Positions 35,210 through 43,594 of a stretch of DNA of 64,000 nt are shown here, piece after piece. How positions within the stretch are numbered: position 1 is the first letter of the stretch; the number at the start of each line of letters is the position of its first letter. The stretch spans positions 30,169 to 94,168 of the forward strand of contig JACZTO010000001.1 in assembly GCA_022573655.1 (NCBI GenBank), in the 5' to 3' direction. This stretch comes from Pseudomonadota bacterium. Lineage in GTDB: Bacteria > Pseudomonadota > Gammaproteobacteria > Steroidobacterales > Woeseiaceae. Below the pieces are notes generated by a model. That model worked only from the letters and a program-made list of their open reading frames with translations. It made no database searches and had not been told where the DNA came from. Made by a program: the position numbers and the translations under genes.

Positions 35210-35925
35210 AGTACGTCGTCGCGTTAGTCCTTGGTTTGCTGTTCGGCGCATTCGTATTCGTCGTTGGCCTGATCTACAACCCTTTTATCGCCAGGCAGAA
35301 TCTGTCACCCCTGACAGTCACTAATGCGCAAACCATCACGTTGAGTTATTCAGGTGCGGTAACAGACCATATCATTCTTACGAACGACGGCGAATCCGAG
35401 ACGAAACCGTATCCGACAAAAGTCTTGCTGCTTTATGAGCGGCCAATTCGACAATCAACTGTGATGGTGACTGAATTGCGCGACGGTCGAAATCAGGTAG
35501 CAGGGATCGGCGTCAAGATCTCGTCGCTTTCGGAGCGCACCGATCTGCTCGGTGCCAAAGCCCTCGTGGACAGCATTTGGTACATGTATTTGCCTGGTAA
35601 AGGCGCATATTTTGTCGAGCAGTCGGAAAATTACTGGACCTACCTGCGAAGCGTCGTCATTGCTGCACATCGCAGCTCTGCAAATGTCTGGCAAGGCAAC
35701 TGGCATCTCGATACGACATTTGGCCCGGGCGCGCTGAAAACGGCCAAAGTTACCGCCGGCTCGGGACCTTATGCAGGGCAGGTGATGCTCGGTGTTGAGT
35801 CGTTGACGACCTACGTGTACTCAGTAAGCGATGGGCCGGTTTCGGCGCAGGGTCGTTTTATCATAGAGTTGCCGTCAACACTTGAGGCAGACCCCGAGTC
35901 GTTAGCAGATGACGGCGTCCTGTAA
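35206..35925 (+). CDS. hypothetical N-terminally membrane-anchored protein
   Basis: ATGA overlap with the upstream gene. TM segment VVALVLGLLFGAFVFVVGLIY. No domain recognised. Confidence 0.6.
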   Translation: MKYVVALVLGLLFGAFVFVVGLIYNPFIARQNLSPLTVTNAQTITLSYSGAVTDHIILTNDGESETKPYPTKVLLLYERPIRQSTVMVTELRDGRNQVAGIGVKISSLSERTDLLGAKALVDSIWYMYLPGKGAYFVEQSENYWTYLRSVVIAAHRSSANVWQGNWHLDTTFGPGALKTAKVTAGSGPYAGQVMLGVESLTTYVYSVSDGPVSAQGRFIIELPSTLEADPESLADDGVL

Positions 35926-37122
35926 CGGAATATCCGCGTCCGCCAGTCTTGCAGGATCGATCTTCGCGTGGCTGGCTATCAAACCCTTGGACTGAATGAA
36001 TTCGCGCGGGGCATTGACTGCGTCAGTCGCAATTAACTGACCGTTCTTCAGGTATAAGCACGCGAACGAACGGTCCGCCGGATTGCCACGGATCACGATC
36101 TGGTCATAGCCTTCAGACAAGCCGGCGATTTGTAACTTGAGGTCATATTGGTCCGACCAGAACCAAGGCACTTGTGAATAATGTGTCTCCTTGCCGCAGA
36201 TGTTTGCGGCGGCGGTCTTGGCCTGTTCCAGGGCGTTGTGAACTGACTCAAGTCGTAGCTGCCGATTGTAAATGGCGTTGGGGTGCGCCGTGCAGTCGCC
36301 GACCGCGTATACAGCGGGATCGCTGGTCTCACACTGGTCATTCACCACGATACCGTTATCGACGGTTAGCCCCGCGGAGGCGGCGAGTTCGGTATTTGCA
36401 ACAATGCCTATGCCGACGACTACGAAGTCCGCCGGGATTTGTTCGCCGTCTGTTGTTTCGACTGACGCAATGCGTTTATCGCCGCGGAACGCGGAAACGC
36501 CGGTAGACAGGCGAAGTTTAACGCCCTGATTTGTATGTTCTATCTGATAAAAATCAGAAATCTCTGGTGATACGACACGACTCATTACGCGATCCGCCAG
36601 TTCCACGACCGTGACGTCGAGGCCTTGTTGCTGCATTACGGCGGCAACTTCAAGGCCAATGTAACCGGCGCCGATGATGACGGTGCGACGATAATGGTTG
36701 AGCTCGGAACGGATGTCATCGACATCTGCAATGCTGCGCAAGTAATGCACACCGGCAAGATCTGCACCGTCTATCCGCAAGCGTCGTGCGCGAGACCCAA
36801 GTGCAAGAACCAGTTTGTCATAAGAAATTGTCTCGCCACCTTCTGTATGCACAGACTTGTTATCGCGGTCGATTGTCGTGATCCTGGTACGCAAGCGAAT
36901 TTCGATATTTGGTTCGTCATAGAAACTTGCCGGCTTGAAGTGCAACCGCTCCGCCGGCATCGCACCTGCGAGAAATTTCTTGGACAGCGGTGGTCGCTGG
37001 TAGGGCAAATAATCTTCGTCGCCAACCAGCACAATTTGGCCGGCATATTTGAGCTGTTTGAGTGTTGCAACAACCTGTCCGGCCGCATGGCCGGCGCCGG
37101 CAATCACTGTTCTTTCGGTCAC
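35902..37122 (-). CDS. FAD/NAD(P)-dependent ferredoxin (rubredoxin/putidaredoxin-type) reductase
   Basis: VIAGAGHAAGQ and VIIGAGYIGLEVAA dinucleotide folds, plus VYAVGDC. Length is 406 aa. Confidence 0.8.
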   Translation of the reverse strand: MTERTVIAGAGHAAGQVVATLKQLKYAGQIVLVGDEDYLPYQRPPLSKKFLAGAMPAERLHFKPASFYDEPNIEIRLRTRITTIDRDNKSVHTEGGETISYDKLVLALGSRARRLRIDGADLAGVHYLRSIADVDDIRSELNHYRRTVIIGAGYIGLEVAAVMQQQGLDVTVVELADRVMSRVVSPEISDFYQIEHTNQGVKLRLSTGVSAFRGDKRIASVETTDGEQIPADFVVVGIGIVANTELAASAGLTVDNGIVVNDQCETSDPAVYAVGDCTAHPNAIYNRQLRLESVHNALEQAKTAAANICGKETHYSQVPWFWSDQYDLKLQIAGLSEGYDQIVIRGNPADRSFACLYLKNGQLIATDAVNAPREFIQSKGLIASHAKIDPARLADADIPLQDAVIC

Positions 37123-37208
37123 TCGGCTCTCCTAAATCGTCATGCGATCATTCTATACACAACCCAACAATGAAGGTTTTCCGCCACAGACCTTGTAAAT
37201 ACATCCAG

Positions 37209-37228
37209 TACTGTATAAAAATACAGAC
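37209..37228 (+). promoter_or_regulatory. LexA (SOS) box
   Basis: TACTGTATAAAAATACAGAC matches the gamma/beta-proteobacterial consensus TACTG(TA)5CAGTA (CTGT-N8-ACAG). It lies immediately upstream of the UvrD-like helicase gene. Confidence 0.7.
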
Positions 37229-37245
37229 TTTTGCGAGGGTCTGTT

Positions 37246-39339
37246 GTGCAGCTTGCCGAGCAGGAAATTGATTACCTGGGGATTCTGAATCCAGCCCAAC
37301 GGCAGGCAGCGGAGTACGGTGATCATACCGACGAACACGCTTTTCGCTCGGGGCCCCTGCTTGTCATTGCGGGAGCGGGGACGGGAAAAACCATGACCCT
37401 GGCGCATCGTGTCGCGCACCTGATCATTTCCGGTGTGAGTGCGGAGCGCATATTGCTGCTGACCTTTACGCGCCGGGCGGCACAGGAAATGACGCGGAGA
37501 GTCGAGGCCATTGTCAGGCCCGCGACGCGCCAGGCGAATATCCCGGCGTTAGCCGCGGGTGGATTGCCCTGGTCGGGCACATTTCACTCCATCGCCAATC
37601 GCCTGTTGCGCCACTATGCGCACAACCTAGGATTGGATCCGGGCTTTTCGGTTCTTGATCGTGGCGATGCGGCGGATGTTATGGACGTCGTACGTCACGA
37701 ACTGAAATTCTCTCGAGCCGCGCGCAGATTCCCCAGGAAAGATACCTGCCTCGCACTCTATTCGCGCTGCGTGAATACGCAAAAGCCGTTGCTGGATACT
37801 TTGAACGAAAGCTATCCATGGTGTATCGACTGGGCCGACGAACTCACCGAATTGTTTCGCCAATACGTGCAACGTAAACAGCGATGTCAGGTACTCGACT
37901 ACGATGACCTGCTTTTGTACTGGGGCCACCTTGTTGCCGAAGCGGAGTTCGCGAGCGAGATTGGTTCGTGGTTTGACCACATTCTCGTTGACGAGTATCA
38001 GGATACGAACCTGGTCCAGGCACAGATTCTCAACGCGCTGAAACCCGATGGACTCGGTGTAACGGTTGTGGGTGACGATGCACAAGCGATCTATTCATTT
38101 CGGGCCGCCGAGGTTGAAAATATCCTGGGCTTCGCGGAGCAATACAGGCCACCGGCCCAGGTCATCACGCTGGAACAGAATTATCGCTCGACACAACCCA
38201 TACTCGACAGTGCGAATTGCCTGATAGCGGAGAGTGAACGGCAGTATCGCAAGAACCTGTCGACTGATCGCAAAGACGGTGGCAAACCACGATACGTGAC
38301 AGTAGAGGATGGTGATGCGGAAGCGGAGTTCGTGGTTGAGTCGATACTCGAAAATCGAGAGTTGGGGATGCAACTCAAGGATCAGGCCGTATTGTTTCGG
38401 GGCTCGCATCACAGCGATCGACTCGAGCTCGAATTGCTCAGGCGCAACATTCCGTATGTGAAGTACGGTGGATTGAAGTTTCTCGAGGCAGCACACGTCA
38501 AGGACCTGTTGTCAGTACTGAAGTGGGCGGAAAATCCGAAGAACGAAGTGGCGGCATTCAGAGTGCTCAAGATGTTGCCGGGTATGGGGCCAGCTCGCGC
38601 TGCGCGCTGTTTTGAGCATTTGGCGGGCGGCGATTTCCTGTTTTCAGCCCTGCGCAATTTCCGCGCTCCGGCGGGTGTCGAGTGGCCGCAGTTTTGCGAG
38701 TTAATGGAATCGCTTGCGAACGTCGAATTCGACGAGCATGGCTGGCAGTCGCAACTGACGCAGGTGCATCGCTGGTACCAGCCGCACCTGGAGCGAATGT
38801 ATGACGGGCTCGATACGCGAGAGGCTGATCTGGAGCAGCTCGAACAAATTTCAGGGCGTTATTCAACTCGTGAACGATTTCTGACCGAACTATCGCTCGA
38901 CCCGCCATCAGCGGTTGGTGATCTGGCGGGAGACCCGTTACTGGACGAGGACTACCTGATTCTCTCGACCGTCCACTCCGCGAAGGGCCAGGAATGGAAA
39001 TCTGTTTTTATTCTGAATGTGTCGGACGGCAATTTTCCGTCCGAATTTGCGACGGGAAAACCGGAAATGATCGAGGAAGAGCGGCGCTTGCTATACGTCG
39101 CCATGACGCGCGCGAAGCAGTCGCTGTCGCTAATCGCGCCGTTGCGATATCACGTGACGCAGCAACGACGGGACGGGGACAAGCATGTTTACGGCGCGCG
39201 CAGCCGTTTCATGTCTGATTCGGTATTGGCCACAATGGAGAAATGTTTCAGAGGGCGCCCGGAATCCGAGACAGGTCGATTCGCGGTCCGATCGGACAAA
39301 CAGATCGATGTGGCGGCGCGCATGCGCGAGATGTGGTAG
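37246..39339 (+). CDS. UvrD/Rep/PcrA-family ATP-dependent DNA helicase
   Basis: Walker A VIAGAGTGKT, motif II ILVDEYQDTN, motif QNYRST and C-terminal LLYVAMTRAK. I prefer the GTG at 37246 (CGAGGG upstream) because the TTG at 37231 abuts the LexA box. Confidence 0.85.
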   Translation: MQLAEQEIDYLGILNPAQRQAAEYGDHTDEHAFRSGPLLVIAGAGTGKTMTLAHRVAHLIISGVSAERILLLTFTRRAAQEMTRRVEAIVRPATRQANIPALAAGGLPWSGTFHSIANRLLRHYAHNLGLDPGFSVLDRGDAADVMDVVRHELKFSRAARRFPRKDTCLALYSRCVNTQKPLLDTLNESYPWCIDWADELTELFRQYVQRKQRCQVLDYDDLLLYWGHLVAEAEFASEIGSWFDHILVDEYQDTNLVQAQILNALKPDGLGVTVVGDDAQAIYSFRAAEVENILGFAEQYRPPAQVITLEQNYRSTQPILDSANCLIAESERQYRKNLSTDRKDGGKPRYVTVEDGDAEAEFVVESILENRELGMQLKDQAVLFRGSHHSDRLELELLRRNIPYVKYGGLKFLEAAHVKDLLSVLKWAENPKNEVAAFRVLKMLPGMGPARAARCFEHLAGGDFLFSALRNFRAPAGVEWPQFCELMESLANVEFDEHGWQSQLTQVHRWYQPHLERMYDGLDTREADLEQLEQISGRYSTRERFLTELSLDPPSAVGDLAGDPLLDEDYLILSTVHSAKGQEWKSVFILNVSDGNFPSEFATGKPEMIEEERRLLYVAMTRAKQSLSLIAPLRYHVTQQRRDGDKHVYGARSRFMSDSVLATMEKCFRGRPESETGRFAVRSDKQIDVAARMREMW

Positions 39340-39353
39340 CCGACAAGGCAGGC

Positions 39354-39382
39354 AAAAAAAGGCGGTGGCACAGGCCACCGCC
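39354..39382 (-). terminator. rho-independent terminator (minus strand)
   Basis: On the minus strand: GGCGGTGGC ctgt GCCACCGCC followed by TTTTTTT. Confidence 0.7.
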
Positions 39383-39413
39383 AAGTAGTACGAAACAAAC
39401 AGCATAAGGGATA

Positions 39414-39602
39414 CTAGGTTTGTAACGTAATCCTCTTTAGCGAATCGCACTTCTGCTTCGCCCGCATGTGTAAGCCAGGCATTTCGTGTAACTCGATAAT
39501 GTGTTCCTGGTACTCGATATTCGAGCGATGTTTTTCGCTGGCCACCGCAGCACCGGCTATGACGCAAGCCCACAATATGACGATAGCTGCTTTCGGTGAC
39601 AT
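39414..39602 (-). CDS. small hypothetical secreted peptide (62 aa)
   Basis: Signal-like N-terminus AAIVILWACVIAGAAVA and a dedicated terminator downstream. The RBS is weak. Confidence 0.3.
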   Translation of the reverse strand: MSPKAAIVILWACVIAGAAVASEKHRSNIEYQEHIIELHEMPGLHMRAKQKCDSLKRITLQT

Positions 39603-39738
39603 TACATTTTCAACTCATGTTCGGCTGTATGATGATTTGATGCTCCGGGCGGCGAAACGGTTGCAATCAAAATGGAATAAGACTAACTGTGTTGGGAGAA
39701 AAAAACGGGTTGCAGTCATAAGCATCTGAGGACAGGCA

Positions 39739-40500
39739 ATGAGCGCGGAAAATTCGGTACAAAATCAGGTATCTGCGGAGGAATGGCAAGTTCGAACGGA
39801 TTTAGCAGCCTGCTATCGGATCATCGCGATGAACGGCTGGGATGACTTGATATTTACCCATATATCCGCGCGTGTTCCGGATGCCGATGATCACTTCCTG
39901 ATTAATCCCTATGGCATGTTATTTGAGGAAATAACGGCGAGCAGCCTGGTGAAGGTTGACCTCAACGGTGACAAAGTCCTGGAGTCTCCGCATCCAGTCA
40001 ACCCTGCGGGATTCGTCATTCACAGCGCCATACACGCGGCGCGCCACGATACCGCTTGTGTTTTGCATACCCACACGAAGGCGGGTGTCGCGGTATCGAC
40101 ACAAGCGGAAGGGCTCTTGCCAATTTCACAGATATCTCTGATTGCAATCGTATCGCTGGCCTATCATGACTATGAAGGTATCGCGCTAAACGACGACGAA
40201 AAGCCGCGCCTCGTTGCGGATCTGGGCGAAAATAACGCAATGATTCTGCGCAATCATGGTTTGCTCACAGCAGGTCCGAGTGTCGCGGACACGTACCTGC
40301 TCATGTATGCGCTGGAAACGGCTTGCCAGATTCAGATAATGGCGCAATCGTCTGGCAGCGATCTCATACACGTAGCGCAGCCCATTGTGGACGGCATCCA
40401 GGCGCAGGCTGCGCATGTGATGAAGGGGCTCGGCGGTGCACTGGCGTGGCCTGGTCTGTTACGCAAACTCGACAGGCAAGACCCTTCGTTTCGGGACTAA
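39739..40500 (+). CDS. class II aldolase/adducin-domain protein
   Basis: 253 aa with a His-rich metal-site region (VIHSAIHAARHD..VLHTHT) typical of the family. Confidence 0.8.
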   Translation: MSAENSVQNQVSAEEWQVRTDLAACYRIIAMNGWDDLIFTHISARVPDADDHFLINPYGMLFEEITASSLVKVDLNGDKVLESPHPVNPAGFVIHSAIHAARHDTACVLHTHTKAGVAVSTQAEGLLPISQISLIAIVSLAYHDYEGIALNDDEKPRLVADLGENNAMILRNHGLLTAGPSVADTYLLMYALETACQIQIMAQSSGSDLIHVAQPIVDGIQAQAAHVMKGLGGALAWPGLLRKLDRQDPSFRD

Positions 40501-42014
40501 CGTAGAAACATCGCATAGGCAGGATTGTCGCTTTCCTCCCAGTACGTGTAACCCAGTTCGGTGAGATGTGCTTCGAGCTTACTGGTTTCATCTTGGGGGA
40601 CGTCAATTCCTGCCAATACCCGGCCATAGTCTGAGCCGTGATTGCGATAGTGAAACAAACTGATATTCCAGTCGGTACCAATGGCGTTCAAGAATTCGAG
40701 CAGCGCACCTGGCCGCTCCGGAAACTCAAATCGATACACGCGTTCATTTGCCAGCCCGGCAGAGCGTCCACCCACCATGTGTCGAACATGCATTTTCGCA
40801 GTTTCGTTATCGCTCAGGTCTACCACCGGAAAGCCAGCATCATTCAGTTTTTTGATTAGGTCAGCACGTTCGCTTAAGCCGTCAGTCAATTGCACACCGA
40901 CGAAGACATGCGCTCTTTTGGTATCGGCGTAGCGATAGTTGAATTCGGTAATGACGCGTCGCCCCAGCACTTCACGAAAACGCCGAAAGCTGCCGGGCTC
41001 TTCGGGAATCTCTGCAGCGATCAACATCTCGGTCTGATCGCCGATTGCCGCGCGCTCGGCGATGTGCCGCAAGCGGTCGAAATTGACGTTAGCACCACAG
41101 CTGATGGTGACAAATGTCTGGTCGGCCGCGTCATTGGCAACGATATACTTTTTTGCGCCAGCAATAGCCAAGGCACCGGCTGGCTCGACGATCGAACGCG
41201 TGTCCTCAAATATGTCGCGGATTGCGGCGCAGCACTGATCGGTATCGACAGTGATGATCTCGTCGACAAATTCCTGACACAATCTGAAAGTTTCGTCCCC
41301 GACCCGTCTCACGGCAACACCATCAGCGAAAATCCCAACATGCTCCAGAGTCACTGGCTCGCCGGCTGCCAGGGAATCGCGCATCGCGGCGGAATCGTCA
41401 GGTTCAACACCGACGATTCGTATCTCCGGATTCTTCGATTTGACGATCGCCGCGATTCCGGCGATCAGTCCACCGCCACCTATGGGCACGAAGATGGCAT
41501 CAATGTCGCCGTCTGCCTGGCGCAGAATCTCCGCACCAATGGTGCCCTGGCCGGCAATGACATAGGGGTCATCAAAAGGGTGGATGAACGCCAGCTCCTG
41601 TTCGCGCTCAAGCTCGCGCGCATACTCATAGGCGTCGTCGTAGGTGTCACCGTGCAATATCACTTCACCGCCAAGCACGCGAACTGCATCTATTTTTATC
41701 GTGGGTGTCGTAACGGGCATTACGATGACCGCGCGAATGCCGCGTTTTTTCGCCGCCAGGGCAACGCCTTGCGCGTGATTTCCTGCGGAGCCGCAAATCA
41801 CGCCGCTGGACATTTCATCCGCGCTCAGACTGGCGATCTTGTTATAGGCGCCACGCAACTTGAATGAAAACACAGGTTGCAGGTCCTCACGCTTCATCAG
41901 GACACGATTGTTCACTCTTGCGGAGAGCTTGTTCGCGAGTTCGAGCGGAGTTTCGAGCGCAACGTCATAGACCTGTGCGTCTCGGATCAATTCAGGATAA
42001 TCGGCGTTGTTCAT
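40497..42014 (-). CDS. ilvA: biosynthetic threonine ammonia-lyase
   Basis: PLP site FSFKLRGAYN, GSAGNHAQGVA, and two C-terminal ACT-like regulatory repeats. The start was chosen at MNNADYPEL (42014) to give about 505 aa. Confidence 0.9.
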   Translation of the reverse strand: MNNADYPELIRDAQVYDVALETPLELANKLSARVNNRVLMKREDLQPVFSFKLRGAYNKIASLSADEMSSGVICGSAGNHAQGVALAAKKRGIRAVIVMPVTTPTIKIDAVRVLGGEVILHGDTYDDAYEYARELEREQELAFIHPFDDPYVIAGQGTIGAEILRQADGDIDAIFVPIGGGGLIAGIAAIVKSKNPEIRIVGVEPDDSAAMRDSLAAGEPVTLEHVGIFADGVAVRRVGDETFRLCQEFVDEIITVDTDQCCAAIRDIFEDTRSIVEPAGALAIAGAKKYIVANDAADQTFVTISCGANVNFDRLRHIAERAAIGDQTEMLIAAEIPEEPGSFRRFREVLGRRVITEFNYRYADTKRAHVFVGVQLTDGLSERADLIKKLNDAGFPVVDLSDNETAKMHVRHMVGGRSAGLANERVYRFEFPERPGALLEFLNAIGTDWNISLFHYRNHGSDYGRVLAGIDVPQDETSKLEAHLTELGYTYWEESDNPAYAMFLR

Positions 42015-42149
42015 CGTCTGGAGATTGTTGGTCCGAACCGCGGTTATCGCACACCACGCGGCCGTCCGCAAAGGTTGTACAGTTGTTGCAATGGAAATCA
42101 TTGCCTGACCGTTTCATAATGCGATCTCCACACGCGTAAGGACATCCGC

Positions 42150-43490
42150 TTGAAAAGACTGTTAATTGCCAATGCACGCCTGGTCAATGAAGGTGAGGTT
42201 CGGGAAGCAGACGTACTCATTGAGGGTGATCGTATTGCGATTATTGGATCGCAAATCCGTGCGCAGGACGACACCGACGTTATCGATGCGGCCGGCAAGT
42301 ACGTGCTGCCCGGCATGATCGATGACCAGGTGCATTTTCGCGAGCCGGGAATGACGCATAAAGGTGATCTCGCAACCGAATCGGCCGCCGCCGTCGCAGG
42401 CGGAATTACGAGTTTCATGGACATGCCGAACGTCAATCCGCAAACGACGACGTGCGTTGCCTTGAGCGAAAAATACGCAATGGCAGAGCGCCGCTGCACA
42501 GCGAATTACGGCTTTTACCTGGGTGCAACGAACAGCAACATTGAAGAAATCAAGGCACTGTCGGTGGGCGCCGGTTGCGGCATCAAAGCCTTCATGGGTG
42601 CGTCGACCGGGGATATGATTGTAGATGACCCGCAGGCGCTCGAACTGCTCTTTGAGCATGCGCCGGTTATCGTGCTTACGCACTGTGAACACTCGCCAAC
42701 GATCTGGGACAACGAAGCGAAAGCGCGCGCCAGGTTTGGAGAGCAGGTCCCGATCACCGAGCATCCGCGCATTCGGTCCGCACAGGCATGCCTGGATTCG
42801 TCCACCCTGGCTGTCGACCTTGCAAGTCGCCATGATTCGCTGTTGCACATTCTGCATCTGACAACAGCAGTTGAGATGGGCCTTTTCTCGACAGCGCATC
42901 GTGCACAGAAACGGATTACGGCTGAAGTCTGCGTGCACCATCTCTGGTTCGACGAATCTGACTACGAGAAATTAGGCGCGAACATCAAGTGCAATCCGGC
43001 GATCAAGAGCAAGCAAGATCGTGAAGCGCTGGTCGCGGCACTCAATGACGGGCGACTGGATATCATTGCCACGGATCATGCGCCACACACCGCTGCGGAA
43101 AAGGATGAAACCTACTTCAAATCGCCTGCTGGCCTGCCGCTTGTGCAGCACGCGATGTTGATGCTATTCGACCTGGCAGCGGCCGGACAAATCGACATTG
43201 AAATGATAGTGGACCGAGCCTGTCACGCGCCAGCCGATATCTTCGGTGTAACCGATCGTGGCTACATCAGGGAGGGATGGTTCGCAGATCTCGTGATCGT
43301 GGATCCAGCGAAACCGTATCTCGTGAACGACGCCAATCTCCTCAGCAAATGCCAGTGGTCGCCATTGGCCGGGCATGAATTTTCGGCGTCCATCGACACG
43401 ACGATTGTCAACGGCGAGGTGGTCTATCGCGACGGCGATCTTACGGGAATAATTGCCGGTCGGCGGCTTGATTTCACGCGCGCGCGTTAA
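42150..43490 (+). CDS. pyrC: dihydroorotase (long, cyclic amidohydrolase type)
   Basis: PGMIDDQVHFREPG metal-binding HxH context and TDHAPH. Length is 446 aa. An allantoinase or hydantoinase relative cannot be excluded. Confidence 0.7.
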   Translation: MKRLLIANARLVNEGEVREADVLIEGDRIAIIGSQIRAQDDTDVIDAAGKYVLPGMIDDQVHFREPGMTHKGDLATESAAAVAGGITSFMDMPNVNPQTTTCVALSEKYAMAERRCTANYGFYLGATNSNIEEIKALSVGAGCGIKAFMGASTGDMIVDDPQALELLFEHAPVIVLTHCEHSPTIWDNEAKARARFGEQVPITEHPRIRSAQACLDSSTLAVDLASRHDSLLHILHLTTAVEMGLFSTAHRAQKRITAEVCVHHLWFDESDYEKLGANIKCNPAIKSKQDREALVAALNDGRLDIIATDHAPHTAAEKDETYFKSPAGLPLVQHAMLMLFDLAAAGQIDIEMIVDRACHAPADIFGVTDRGYIREGWFADLVIVDPAKPYLVNDANLLSKCQWSPLAGHEFSASIDTTIVNGEVVYRDGDLTGIIAGRRLDFTRAR

Positions 43491-43515
43491 GCATGGCTAA
43501 CTGTTTACTTTCCCT

Positions 43516-43550
43516 GCGATCCCGTTATGCTTGCGCCAATACGGGATCGC
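43516..43550 (+). repeat. 10-bp perfect inverted repeat (hairpin) downstream of pyrC / upstream of the kor cluster
   Basis: GCGATCCCGT - 15 nt - ACGGGATCGC. There is no U-tract, so it is not a canonical intrinsic terminator. Confidence 0.4.
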
Positions 43551-43594
43551 TAGATTGATGCCGGATTAAGGTAAATGCCGGCCCGAACATCTGA

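Noticed and set aside
40890-41867. Long ORFs antisense to well-supported genes: 40890-41867(+), 34538-35251(-), 42162-42941(-), 17422-18219(+), 7966-8637(-), 8868-9509(-), 44483-45148(-), 13089-13571(+), 54727-55551(-).
   Set aside because: They are Arg/Cys/His-rich with no recognisable motif. Each lies opposite, or out of frame within, a gene with strong family signatures. These are typical shadow ORFs of moderately GC-rich DNA.
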